From an uncultured Clostridia bacterium (lineage in GTDB: Bacteria; Bacillota; Clostridia; Christensenellales; UBA1242), in the NCBI GenBank assembly GCA_934793215.1, contig CAKVOP010000001.1:66280-130279 (forward strand): DNA of 64,000 nt, read 5' to 3'. Below the pieces are notes generated by a model. It was given only the letters and a program-made list of their open reading frames with translations, did not search any database and was not told the origin of the DNA. Position 1 is the stretch's first letter; each line of letters begins with the position of its first letter. This document shows, one piece after another, positions 55,815 to 64,000 of this stretch. The position numbers and the translations under genes are program-made.

Positions 55815-58082
55815 ATGAATTACGACATTAACTCTTTAAATGAAGAACAACTTGCACCTTTGAAACAGATTGATGGTGCTGTGCTGGTTACAGCGGGTGC
55901 AGGTAGTGGGAAGACTAGGCTTTTGACTCATCGTGTGGCATATCTTATAGAACACGAGGGGGTAAGCCCTTTCAATATCCTTGCTATAACATTTACAAAT
56001 AAAGCAGCGGGCGAAATGAAAGAAAGAATTTCAAAAATGGTTGCGGGGGCGGATAGAGTTTGGATTTCCACCTTCCACTCTATGTGTGCCAAAATTTTAA
56101 GAATGGACATAAATTACCTCCCTCCATTCACCAAAGATTTTTCTATTTACAGCGAAAGCGATAGTGACAAAGTTGTGAAAGAAGTGCTGGCCGAGCGAGG
56201 CATAAGCGACGACAAAATCAAAAAGGAACTTGTTTATCATATTTCTAACTGGAAAAACAATGGGCAAAGTTATATGGATTACATACAAACCCATGAAAGC
56301 GAATATGATATGCGTAAAATTGGGTCTATGATGCTGGCGTATGATGAAAAACTTGCCAAAAATAATGCACTAGACTTTGATGACCTTCTCGTTAAAACGA
56401 TAGAACTTTTCACCAAAAATCCAGATGTTTTAGATAAATATGCAAGACGATTCGAATACATTTTGGTCGATGAGTTTCAAGACACCAACCGTGTTCAATA
56501 TAATCTTGTAAAAATGCTTGCAAGCGTGCATAAAAATGTGTTTGCCGTCGGTGACGAAGACCAGTGTATTTATTCTTGGAGAGGTGCAAATTTTCAAAAT
56601 ATTTTCAATTTCAAAAAAGACTTTGAGGGAGCAAGAACATATAAACTTGAAAGAAACTACCGTTCAACAAATGAAATAATTTCTGTCGCAAACAATGTTA
56701 TTAAGCATAATAGTTCTCGTCTTGATAAAAATATGTGGACAGACAAAAATGGTGGTGAAAAGCCCACGCTTTACAACGCCTACGATGAGCGAGACGAAGC
56801 ACTGTATGTCGCAAAAACCATTTCTTCACTAAAAAGTGAAGGGTATGATTACGATGATATAGCTGTTTTAATGCGAATGAACTCCTTGTCGCGTAGCGTT
56901 GAAGAGGCACTGCTTTCTTACAACATTCCTCATCGAATTTTTGGTGGGTTCAAATTCTATGAACGTGCTGAAATAAAAAATATAGTTGCATATTTGAGAC
57001 TCTTTGTAAATCCTAAAGATGACATATCTTTTGCACGAATAATAAATTTCCCAAAGCGAGGGATAGGAGACGGAACTCTTGCTAAACTTGGAGAATTAAA
57101 TAAAAACTGCTCTTTGCTTGAAAACTGTATAGGGGAAGAAATTAAAACTTCTGCTCTTTATAAAAAATTCCAACCTTTTGCGGAAGCATTTAATAATGTA
57201 AAATTGAAGTCTCAAAAACCTCTTTCAAGTTTTGTTGAGGAAGTCTTAAATGAATTTAATGTTCGCGATTCTTATAATCAAAATATTGAAGAAGATGTGG
57301 ACAAAATTATGAATATCGACCAGTTTGTGGCGTCGGTAAAAGAATTTGAAGCATTAAATCCAGATGCGGGGCTTAACGAATTTCTTGAAAACATAACCTT
57401 GTCTAGTGAAAATGATGAAATAGGACAAGGCGGAGCGGTGACAATAGCCACTGTTCACGCGGTTAAAGGGCTCGAATTTAAAGTGGTTTTTGTGATAGGG
57501 CTTGAAGAGGGAATATTCCCGATTAAGCGTGCGACCTCTACTATGGATATAGAAGAAGAGCGTCGACTTATGTATGTTGCCTTAACGCGTGCCGAAGAGA
57601 GGTTGTTTTTAAGTCATGCAAGCAAAAGATATATGTACTGTGAAAGTCAGTATCAATCACCAAGCCGGTTTTGCAAGGAACTAGGGCTTTTAGGTATTGA
57701 GAGAAAGGAAAACAAAAGTTATAGTGCAGATCGTGCATATGATGGCTATTCTCGCTCTTCAAATGGTTATGCAAGTAGACCAAAATACCAAAAAGTATAT
57801 AATTTTGAAGAAAATGGCGATAATTTTAATGATTTTAGCGACTATTCCGCCCCAAAACCTTTATTTAATAAAAATTTGGTGCTAAAAAGCGAAACAAGAG
57901 AAGAAAAACCAAAGCAAGATGTAAGTCGTTACAAAGTGGGCATGAGGGTCTTTTATCAAAAATTTGGTGAAGGGAAAATAGTTGATATAAGTGATGACGG
58001 ACTTGTTGGAGACATTATTTTTGATGATTTTGGCAAGAAAAGTTTGATGCTTGAAACGGCTAAACTTGACATAATTTCATAG
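55815..58082 (+). CDS. pcrA: ATP-dependent DNA helicase PcrA
   Basis: UvrD/PcrA motifs AGAGSGKTR, DEFQDTN, YRS and the VHAVKGLEF-type motif VI. 755 aa, upstream of ligA. Confidence 0.95.
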   Translation: MNYDINSLNEEQLAPLKQIDGAVLVTAGAGSGKTRLLTHRVAYLIEHEGVSPFNILAITFTNKAAGEMKERISKMVAGADRVWISTFHSMCAKILRMDINYLPPFTKDFSIYSESDSDKVVKEVLAERGISDDKIKKELVYHISNWKNNGQSYMDYIQTHESEYDMRKIGSMMLAYDEKLAKNNALDFDDLLVKTIELFTKNPDVLDKYARRFEYILVDEFQDTNRVQYNLVKMLASVHKNVFAVGDEDQCIYSWRGANFQNIFNFKKDFEGARTYKLERNYRSTNEIISVANNVIKHNSSRLDKNMWTDKNGGEKPTLYNAYDERDEALYVAKTISSLKSEGYDYDDIAVLMRMNSLSRSVEEALLSYNIPHRIFGGFKFYERAEIKNIVAYLRLFVNPKDDISFARIINFPKRGIGDGTLAKLGELNKNCSLLENCIGEEIKTSALYKKFQPFAEAFNNVKLKSQKPLSSFVEEVLNEFNVRDSYNQNIEEDVDKIMNIDQFVASVKEFEALNPDAGLNEFLENITLSSENDEIGQGGAVTIATVHAVKGLEFKVVFVIGLEEGIFPIKRATSTMDIEEERRLMYVALTRAEERLFLSHASKRYMYCESQYQSPSRFCKELGLLGIERKENKSYSADRAYDGYSRSSNGYASRPKYQKVYNFEENGDNFNDFSDYSAPKPLFNKNLVLKSETREEKPKQDVSRYKVGMRVFYQKFGEGKIVDISDDGLVGDIIFDDFGKKSLMLETAKLDIIS

Positions 58083-58090
58083 GAGGGGAA

Positions 58091-60043
58091 ATGGACAAAC
58101 TTGACGAAATGAAGACGCTGATAAGCGAAATTGAAAAACACAACTACAACTACTATGTAAGGGATAATCCTACCATTTCGGACAGTGAATATGATAAACT
58201 CTATTATCACCTTGTTGACCTTGAAAAGGAAACGGGAGTAACGCTTCCTTATTCGCCTACTTTGCGTGTTGGGGACAGGGTTCAAGAGGGGTTTGAAAAG
58301 AAACGCCATGAGGTGCCTCTTTATTCGCTCAATAAAGTGCGTGATTTTGAAGAACTCGCATCTTGGGTGGCGGACATGAAAAGACTTGCGGACAATACTG
58401 ATTTTGCAGTGGAATACAAGTTTGATGGATTGCAAATCGTTGTTGAATATAACGACGGCGTGTTTGTGAGTGCTACGACCCGTGGAAATGGGACAATTGG
58501 TGAAGATGTTTCGTTGCAAGTTAAAACAATAAAAAGCGTGCCTTTGCTCATACCGTATAAAGGGAAATTAATCGTGCAGGGCGAAGGCATGATGACTAAT
58601 AAAAGTTTTGAAAAATACAACAAAACTGCCGAAGAAAAACTTAAAAATCCTCGCAATGCGGCGGCGGGAGCAATAAGAAACCTTGATCCAAAAGAGACAG
58701 CCAAAAGAAACCTTGACTATTTTTGTTATTCAATTCTTGCCTGTCCAGAGAAAACTTTTTCTACTCAACAAGAAATGCATCAATTTTTGGAGGATAATGG
58801 ATTCAAGACTGGGGACTATTTTAAACTTTGTTCTTCATGTGAGCAAATTATCGATTGCATAAACGATATAGATAAAAAGAAAAGTAAACTTGATGTAATG
58901 ATAGACGGAATGGTCATTAAAATTAATAAAGTTTCTCCTCGTGAGGAAATCGGTTGGACGGCCAAGTTCCCTAAATGGGCACTCGCCTATAAATTTGAAG
59001 CACAAGAGGTTACAACGATTCTTCAAAATGTTACCTGGCAAGTTGGAAGAAGCGGAAGGGTTACCCCAATAGCAAATTTACAGCCTGTTTCGCTTGCGGG
59101 GGCCACGGTTTCAAGAGCGACACTCAATAATATAGACGACATAAGACGCAAAGATGTTTACGAAAATTCTCGTGTGTTTGTAAGACGTTCAAACGAAGTT
59201 ATTCCTGAAATTATGGGTCTCGCCGAAAAGTTCGAGAATTCAATACCCGTCAAGGTGCCACAGGTATGCCCTTGTTGCGGGGAAAGATTGACGCAAAAGG
59301 GGCCACTTCTATTTTGCACAAATCATCTTGGCTGTAAAGAACAAGTGGTAGATAGATTAAGTCATTTTGCTAGTAGAGAAGCGTTCAATATTGAGGGGCT
59401 GTCAATCAAAACCTGTCAGGCTCTTTATGACAATTTGGGTGTTCGAAGATTGAGTGACTTATTCAAGTTAAAGAAAGAAGATTTGTTAAAACTTGACAAA
59501 TTTAAGGATAAAAAAGCCGAAAATATCGTAAAAAGTCTTCAAAAAAGCAAAATTATAGATTTTTATAAATTTTTATTTGCTCTTGGCATAAGTGAAGTTG
59601 GTGTGAAAACGGCAAAGGATCTTGCAAAACATTTTAATGGGCTAAACGAAATTAAGACCGCTTCAAAGGAAGATATTTTAGAGGTTGAAGATATAGGTGA
59701 AGTGATTGCCAATAATATAGTCTCCTTTTTTGAAAATAAAGACAATTTGGCTGAAATTGATAGTCTTTTAAATCAAGGGGTTTCTGTTAAAGAAAAGGAT
59801 AGCCTTTCTCAAAATCAAAAACTTAAAGGATTGACTTTTGTGCTTACGGGCACAATATCTAGAAGCCGTGCAGAAGTTGAAAAGGAAATTGAAAGCATGG
59901 GAGGAAAGTGCTCAAGTTCAGTTTCTAAAAACACTGATTATGTCCTTGCGGGTGAAAGTGCAGGAAGCAAACTTGATAAAGCCCGCACTCTTGGAATAAA
60001 AGTTATAACCGAAGAGGAATATAACGCTTTAATTAAAGAGTAG
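58091..60043 (+). CDS. ligA: NAD-dependent DNA ligase LigA
   Basis: Adenylation motif VEYKFDGL, a four-Cys zinc site (CPCCGERL...C..HLGC), HhH repeats and a BRCT C-terminus. Confidence 0.95.
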   Translation: MDKLDEMKTLISEIEKHNYNYYVRDNPTISDSEYDKLYYHLVDLEKETGVTLPYSPTLRVGDRVQEGFEKKRHEVPLYSLNKVRDFEELASWVADMKRLADNTDFAVEYKFDGLQIVVEYNDGVFVSATTRGNGTIGEDVSLQVKTIKSVPLLIPYKGKLIVQGEGMMTNKSFEKYNKTAEEKLKNPRNAAAGAIRNLDPKETAKRNLDYFCYSILACPEKTFSTQQEMHQFLEDNGFKTGDYFKLCSSCEQIIDCINDIDKKKSKLDVMIDGMVIKINKVSPREEIGWTAKFPKWALAYKFEAQEVTTILQNVTWQVGRSGRVTPIANLQPVSLAGATVSRATLNNIDDIRRKDVYENSRVFVRRSNEVIPEIMGLAEKFENSIPVKVPQVCPCCGERLTQKGPLLFCTNHLGCKEQVVDRLSHFASREAFNIEGLSIKTCQALYDNLGVRRLSDLFKLKKEDLLKLDKFKDKKAENIVKSLQKSKIIDFYKFLFALGISEVGVKTAKDLAKHFNGLNEIKTASKEDILEVEDIGEVIANNIVSFFENKDNLAEIDSLLNQGVSVKEKDSLSQNQKLKGLTFVLTGTISRSRAEVEKEIESMGGKCSSSVSKNTDYVLAGESAGSKLDKARTLGIKVITEEEYNALIKE

Positions 60044-60224
60044 AAGAAATTAGTTTCTAGATAATAACCATAATGAACACAGCGAAAAATAATTTGACCA
60101 TTTGAAAAAATAAAAGCATTTGAGAAATATTGAACTCAAACTTATCAATTAGTTTAATTATAAGTGGTTTGCATTTCTAGGTGCCACAAGAAGGCTTAAA
60201 TTTATAAAAACCTTTAAAAATTTC

Positions 60225-60253
60225 TTGACAAGGTGGTGGCGGTTTGTTATAAT
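60225..60253 (+). promoter_or_regulatory. strong sigma-A promoter of the str operon leader
   Basis: TTGACA, 17 nt spacer, TGtTATAAT. Confidence 0.8.
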
Positions 60254-60421
60254 AAGCCCGTATGCTTCGTTGTCGGAGGCAATGCTTGGATTATCCAACC
60301 TCGCATAAACAAACAACAGGTGTTCTTGCTGGAACAAGTTATGCCGATTTGCTTAAACGCAAAGTTACCCAAAGAGGGTGATCGTGTTGTTCATGTTTTA
60401 CTAGAAAAAAGCATTTTTATG

Positions 60422-60455
60422 TGCGACAACGCCTGCAAGGATTGTCGCATTTTTT
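60422..60455 (+). terminator. intrinsic terminator inside the rpsL leader (candidate attenuator)
   Basis: TGCGACAA-12 nt-TTGTCGCA followed by TTTTTT, 48 nt upstream of the rpsL ATG. Confidence 0.65.
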
Positions 60456-60503
60456 AATCGACAAAAGATATTCTGCCGTAAAGCAGTTAAAAGGGGAACA
60501 GAT

Positions 60504-60884
60504 ATGCCTACAATAAACCAACTTGTTAGAAAAGGAAGAGAAACTTTCGAGAAAAAGAGCAAAGCTCCACTTCTTGACGAGTGCCCTCAAAAGAGAGGTG
60601 TTTGCCTCGTTGTTAGAACTGCAACACCTAAAAAGCCTAACTCAGCGCTTAGAAAAATCGCCAGAGTAAAACTTTCTAACGGAACTGAAGGAACTTGCTA
60701 TATTCCTGGTGTTGGACACAACCTTCAAGAGCACAGTGTGGTTCTTGTTCGTGGCGGAAGAGTTAAGGATATCCCTGGTGTAAGATATCACATCGTAAGA
60801 GGTACTCTTGATACAGCCGGCGTTCAAAACAGAAAACAAAGCCGTTCTAAATATGGTGCTAAACGTCCAAAGAAAACTAAATAA
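60504..60884 (+). CDS. rpsL: 30S ribosomal protein S12
   Basis: [13 protein letters not shown]...[10 protein letters not shown]. Confidence 0.98.
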   Translation: MPTINQLVRKGRETFEKKSKAPLLDECPQKRGVCLVVRTATPKKPNSALRKIARVKLSNGTEGTCYIPGVGHNLQEHSVVLVRGGRVKDIPGVRYHIVRGTLDTAGVQNRKQSRSKYGAKRPKKTK

Positions 60885-60955
60885 TTAGGTTTGGAACAAA
60901 TTTGCACAATTCGCCCCTAGGGCAACAATGAAATTAACAAAAGGAGAATAATAAT

Positions 60956-61429
60956 ATGCCAAGAAGAAATAGTGCAGTTAAAAGAGATGTTCTTCCTGAT
61001 CCAATTTATTCAAGCAAAGTTGTTACCAAACTTGTTAACCAAGTTATGGAGTCTGGTAAAAAAGGACTTGCTCAAAGAATAGTTTATGGTGCATTTGACA
61101 TCATTAAAGAAAAGATGGATCAAGATCCAATGGAAGTTTTCACAACTGCTATCGAAAATGTTAAGCCTGTGCTTGAAACAAAATCTAGAAGAGTTGGTGG
61201 TGCAACCTACCAAGTTCCTATGGAAATTCGCCCAGAACGCAGACAAACTCTTGCCATTAGATGGATGGTTGACTTCGCAAGAAAGAGAAGCGGAGAAAGA
61301 GGAATGGATGCTAAACTTGCTGGTGAAATCATGGACGCCTACAACTCAACTGGTGCTTCTATAAAAAGAAGAGACGAAATGCACAGAATGGCAGAAGCAA
61401 ACAAAGCTTTCGCACACTTCAAGTGGTAA
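60956..61429 (+). CDS. rpsG: 30S ribosomal protein S7
   Basis: [18 protein letters not shown]... Confidence 0.98.
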   Translation: MPRRNSAVKRDVLPDPIYSSKVVTKLVNQVMESGKKGLAQRIVYGAFDIIKEKMDQDPMEVFTTAIENVKPVLETKSRRVGGATYQVPMEIRPERRQTLAIRWMVDFARKRSGERGMDAKLAGEIMDAYNSTGASIKRRDEMHRMAEANKAFAHFKW

Positions 61430-61577
61430 TCATTTGAAATTTTTGCGGGCTATTAATAATGTCTATTTATTAAGTAATAGGGGAATTATTATTAGTACGT
61501 TTTAAGAGGCTTGTCCTCAAAAGAAAATTCGTGGCTGGAAACATGAATTTTCGTTTAATTAATTAAGGAGAAAAATT

Positions 61578-63650
61578 ATGGCTAATAATCTAGAAATGAC
61601 TAGAAACGTTGGTATCATGGCTCACATCGATGCTGGTAAAACAACCACAACAGAAAGAATCCTTTTCTATACTGGTAAAAGCCACAAAATCGGCGAAGTT
61701 CATGACGGCGCTGCAACCATGGACTGGATGGAACAAGAGCAAGAAAGAGGTATTACTATCACTTCTGCTTGTACAACTTGTTTCTGGAAAGACCACAAAA
61801 TCAACATCATTGATACACCTGGACACGTTGACTTCACAGTTGAAGTAGAGCGTTCACTTAAGGTTCTTGATGGTGCTGTGCTTGTTTTGTCTGCTCGTGA
61901 CAAGGTTCAACCTCAAACTGAAACAGTTTGGCGTCAAGCAAACAAATACAAAGTTCCTACAATCATTTATGTAAACAAGATGGATAGAGACGCCGCTGAC
62001 TTTTTTGGCTGTGTAGAGTCAATCGAACGCAGACTTAAAACAAAGGCTCTTCCTATTCAAATGCCTATTGGAGAGGCTGAAACATTCTCTGGAATTATCG
62101 ACCTTCTCACAATGAAAGCAGAAATCTATAAGGACGACCTTGGAAAGGAAATCGAAATCACTGATATCCCAGCCGAACTTAAAGACAAAGCTCAAAAGGC
62201 TCATGATGAAATGATCGAAAAAATCGTTGAAACTGACGATGACCTTCTTGAAAGATACTTTGGTGGAGAGGAAATCTCTATTGAAGAACTCAAAAAAGCG
62301 ATTAGAAAAGCAACTATCAACAAGACATTTGTCCCTGTTCTTTGTGGTTCTTCTTACAAAAACAAGGGTGTTCAAATGCTTCTTGATGCTATGGTTGACT
62401 ATCTTCCAAGTCCACTTGATATCGATCACATTACTGGAATTAACCCAGAAACTGGCGAAACTGAAACTCGTGCTCCTGATGCAAATCAACCTCTTGCAGG
62501 TCTTGCATTCAAAATCATGACAGACCCATTTGTTGGTGGACTTACTTTCTTCCGTGTTTATTCTGGAAAACTCACTGCAGGAAGTTATGTTTACAACTCA
62601 AATACAGGCAAAACTGAAAGAGTTGGTCGTCTTATTCGTATGCACGCTAATACTCGTCAAGAAATCACCGAAGTTGAAGCAGGTGATATTGCCGCTATCG
62701 TAGGACTTAAAGATACAATCACTGGTCACACTCTATGTGACGAAAAACACCCAATTCAACTTGAAAGTATGGAATTCCCAGAACCAGTTATTCAACTTGC
62801 TATCGAGCCTAAAACAAAAGACATGCAAGAGAAAATGGCTCTTGCTCTTGCAAAACTTTCAAGAGAAGACCCATCATTTAGAGTTTCAACAAACCAAGAG
62901 ACAGGACAAACTCTTATTGCTGGCATGGGGGAACTCCACCTTGAAATTATCGTTGATAGACTTTTGAGAGAATTTAAAGTTGAAGCGACTGTTGGTAAAC
63001 CACAAGTTTCTTACCGTGAAGCAATCAAGAAAGCGGTTAGAGCAGAAGGTAAATTTATTCGTCAAAGTGGTGGTAAAGGTCAATATGGTCACTGCGTTAT
63101 CGATATGGAACCACTCCCAGCTGGTAGCGGGTATGAATTTATTGATAAAACTGTTGGCGGATCTGTTCCTAAAGAATATATCCAACCTATCAATGTTGGT
63201 ATCCAAGAGGCCCGTATGAATGGTGTTCTTGCTGGATATGAAACAGTTGATTTTAGAGTTACTCTTGTTGATGGTTCTTACCATGAAGTCGACTCTTCTG
63301 AAATGGCCTTCAAGATCGCCGGTTCTATGGCATTCCAAGAAGGTGCTAGGGCCGCTGACCCAGTTATTTTGGAACCTATTATGAAGGTATCAGTTGAAGT
63401 TCCTGATGAATATCTTGGAACAGTTATGGGCAACCTTACTTCTCGTCGTGGTATGCTTACAGGTAACGAATCAGCTGCTGGAATTCAAATTGTTAACGCC
63501 GAAGTTCCTCTTGCAGAAATGTTCGGTTATGCAACAGACCTTCGTTCACAAACACAAGGTAGAGGAAACTATGTAATGGAACCACTCCGTTACCAAGAAG
63601 TTCCTAAGTCTATCGCTAATCAAATCATTGGCGAAAGAGCGTCTAGATAA
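61578..63650 (+). CDS. fusA: elongation factor G
   Basis: [21 protein letters not shown]-domain; 690 aa. Confidence 0.98.
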   Translation: MANNLEMTRNVGIMAHIDAGKTTTTERILFYTGKSHKIGEVHDGAATMDWMEQEQERGITITSACTTCFWKDHKINIIDTPGHVDFTVEVERSLKVLDGAVLVLSARDKVQPQTETVWRQANKYKVPTIIYVNKMDRDAADFFGCVESIERRLKTKALPIQMPIGEAETFSGIIDLLTMKAEIYKDDLGKEIEITDIPAELKDKAQKAHDEMIEKIVETDDDLLERYFGGEEISIEELKKAIRKATINKTFVPVLCGSSYKNKGVQMLLDAMVDYLPSPLDIDHITGINPETGETETRAPDANQPLAGLAFKIMTDPFVGGLTFFRVYSGKLTAGSYVYNSNTGKTERVGRLIRMHANTRQEITEVEAGDIAAIVGLKDTITGHTLCDEKHPIQLESMEFPEPVIQLAIEPKTKDMQEKMALALAKLSREDPSFRVSTNQETGQTLIAGMGELHLEIIVDRLLREFKVEATVGKPQVSYREAIKKAVRAEGKFIRQSGGKGQYGHCVIDMEPLPAGSGYEFIDKTVGGSVPKEYIQPINVGIQEARMNGVLAGYETVDFRVTLVDGSYHEVDSSEMAFKIAGSMAFQEGARAADPVILEPIMKVSVEVPDEYLGTVMGNLTSRRGMLTGNESAAGIQIVNAEVPLAEMFGYATDLRSQTQGRGNYVMEPLRYQEVPKSIANQIIGERASR

Positions 63651-63771
63651 CGCATTTATTGAAATTCAATCTATTTTTCTCGGGAGAGGACAAATTCGTC
63701 CTCTTCTGGGAGAAAATAACCCTTTATGGGTCAAAAATATTAATTCTAGATGAAAATCTTGCAAAATTGTT

Positions 63772-63799
63772 TTGACTTTGCAAAAAAATATGCTAGAAT
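63772..63799 (+). promoter_or_regulatory. internal sigma-A promoter upstream of tuf
   Basis: TTGACT, 16 nt spacer, TGcTAGAAT. Confidence 0.55.
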
Positions 63800-63833
63800 A
63801 CCATTAGTAAGTTTAAAAAAGGAGATTTTTAAA

Positions 63834-64000
63834 ATGGCAGAAGCTTATGTTAGATCTAAGCCACACGTAAATGTGGGAACAATCGGTCACGTTGACCACG
63901 GCAAAACTACTCTTACCGCCGCTATCACAATGCTTTACGGAACTCAAAAAATGAGATATGATGAAATCGATAAAGCACCAGAAGAAAGAGCAAGAGGAAT
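63834..64000 (+). CDS. tuf: elongation factor Tu, N-terminal fragment (runs off the window)
   Basis: [41 protein letters not shown]... Confidence 0.95.
   Translation, partial: MAEAYVRSKPHVNVGTIGHVDHGKTTLTAAITMLYGTQKMRYDEIDKAPEERARG

Noticed and set aside
57956-58519. 187-aa minus-strand ORF spanning the pcrA/ligA junction
   Set aside because: It is antisense to two well-supported genes and shows no start signals or recognisable motifs.
60233-60457. 74-aa ORF upstream of rpsL
   Set aside because: It has no Shine-Dalgarno sequence. It starts inside the -10 region of the str promoter and ends in the leader terminator, so it is better explained as non-coding leader.
62019-63338. 156-aa and 150-aa minus-strand ORFs inside fusA
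   Set aside because: They are shadow ORFs antisense to EF-G. AT-rich codon usage makes long antisense frames common here.

Overview
Chromosomal window from a low-GC, endospore-forming Firmicute (Clostridia-like; inferred from spoIIGA-sigE-sigG, spoIVA, ylmC/ymxH, CIRCE-hrcA and gene order). It is almost fully coding. Left third: a rearranged division/cell-wall cluster (murF-like, ddl, murE, mraY, murD, SEDS ftsW/spoVE, then an accessory insert of a methyltransferase, a YdeN-type hydrolase and a pnuC stub, then murA, divIB/ftsQ, ftsA, ftsZ) running into spoIIGA-sigE-sigG. Middle: nrdR, feoAB, rpmB, asp23-DAK2, tlyA, prfB with the classic +1 frameshift, tsaD, a U32 peptidase, an ankyrin-repeat gene, hrcA-grpE-dnaK-dnaJ behind a sigma-A promoter plus CIRCE, a glycosyltransferase, rsmE, a ykvI-like permease and an ABC ATPase/permease pair with no binding protein. 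The standout is 41.1-48.4 kb: a compact, fully intact phage-type head gene block (TerS-core-like, Cys-rich protein, portal-like, scaffold-like, major-capsid-like, three further structural ORFs, two holins). It has no large terminase, tail, endolysin, integrase or regulators, and it sits between housekeeping genes. Right third: comEC, holA, der, plsY, spoIVA, pcrA, ligA and the start of the str operon (rpsL, rpsG, fusA, tuf partial). Other oddities: a 10x CxC metallothionein-like extension on GrpE; a MurF-like ligase whose N-terminal domain is replaced by transmembrane helices; two orphan Cys-rich candidate spore-surface proteins; a nested multi-hairpin element after the DAK2 gene; an apparently leaderless tlyA; and a promoter-plus-terminator leader ahead of rpsL. 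I recognised no rRNA, tRNA, CRISPR array, transposase or integrase. All calls come from reading the sequence and ORF translations and from remembered family motifs. No database search was run.
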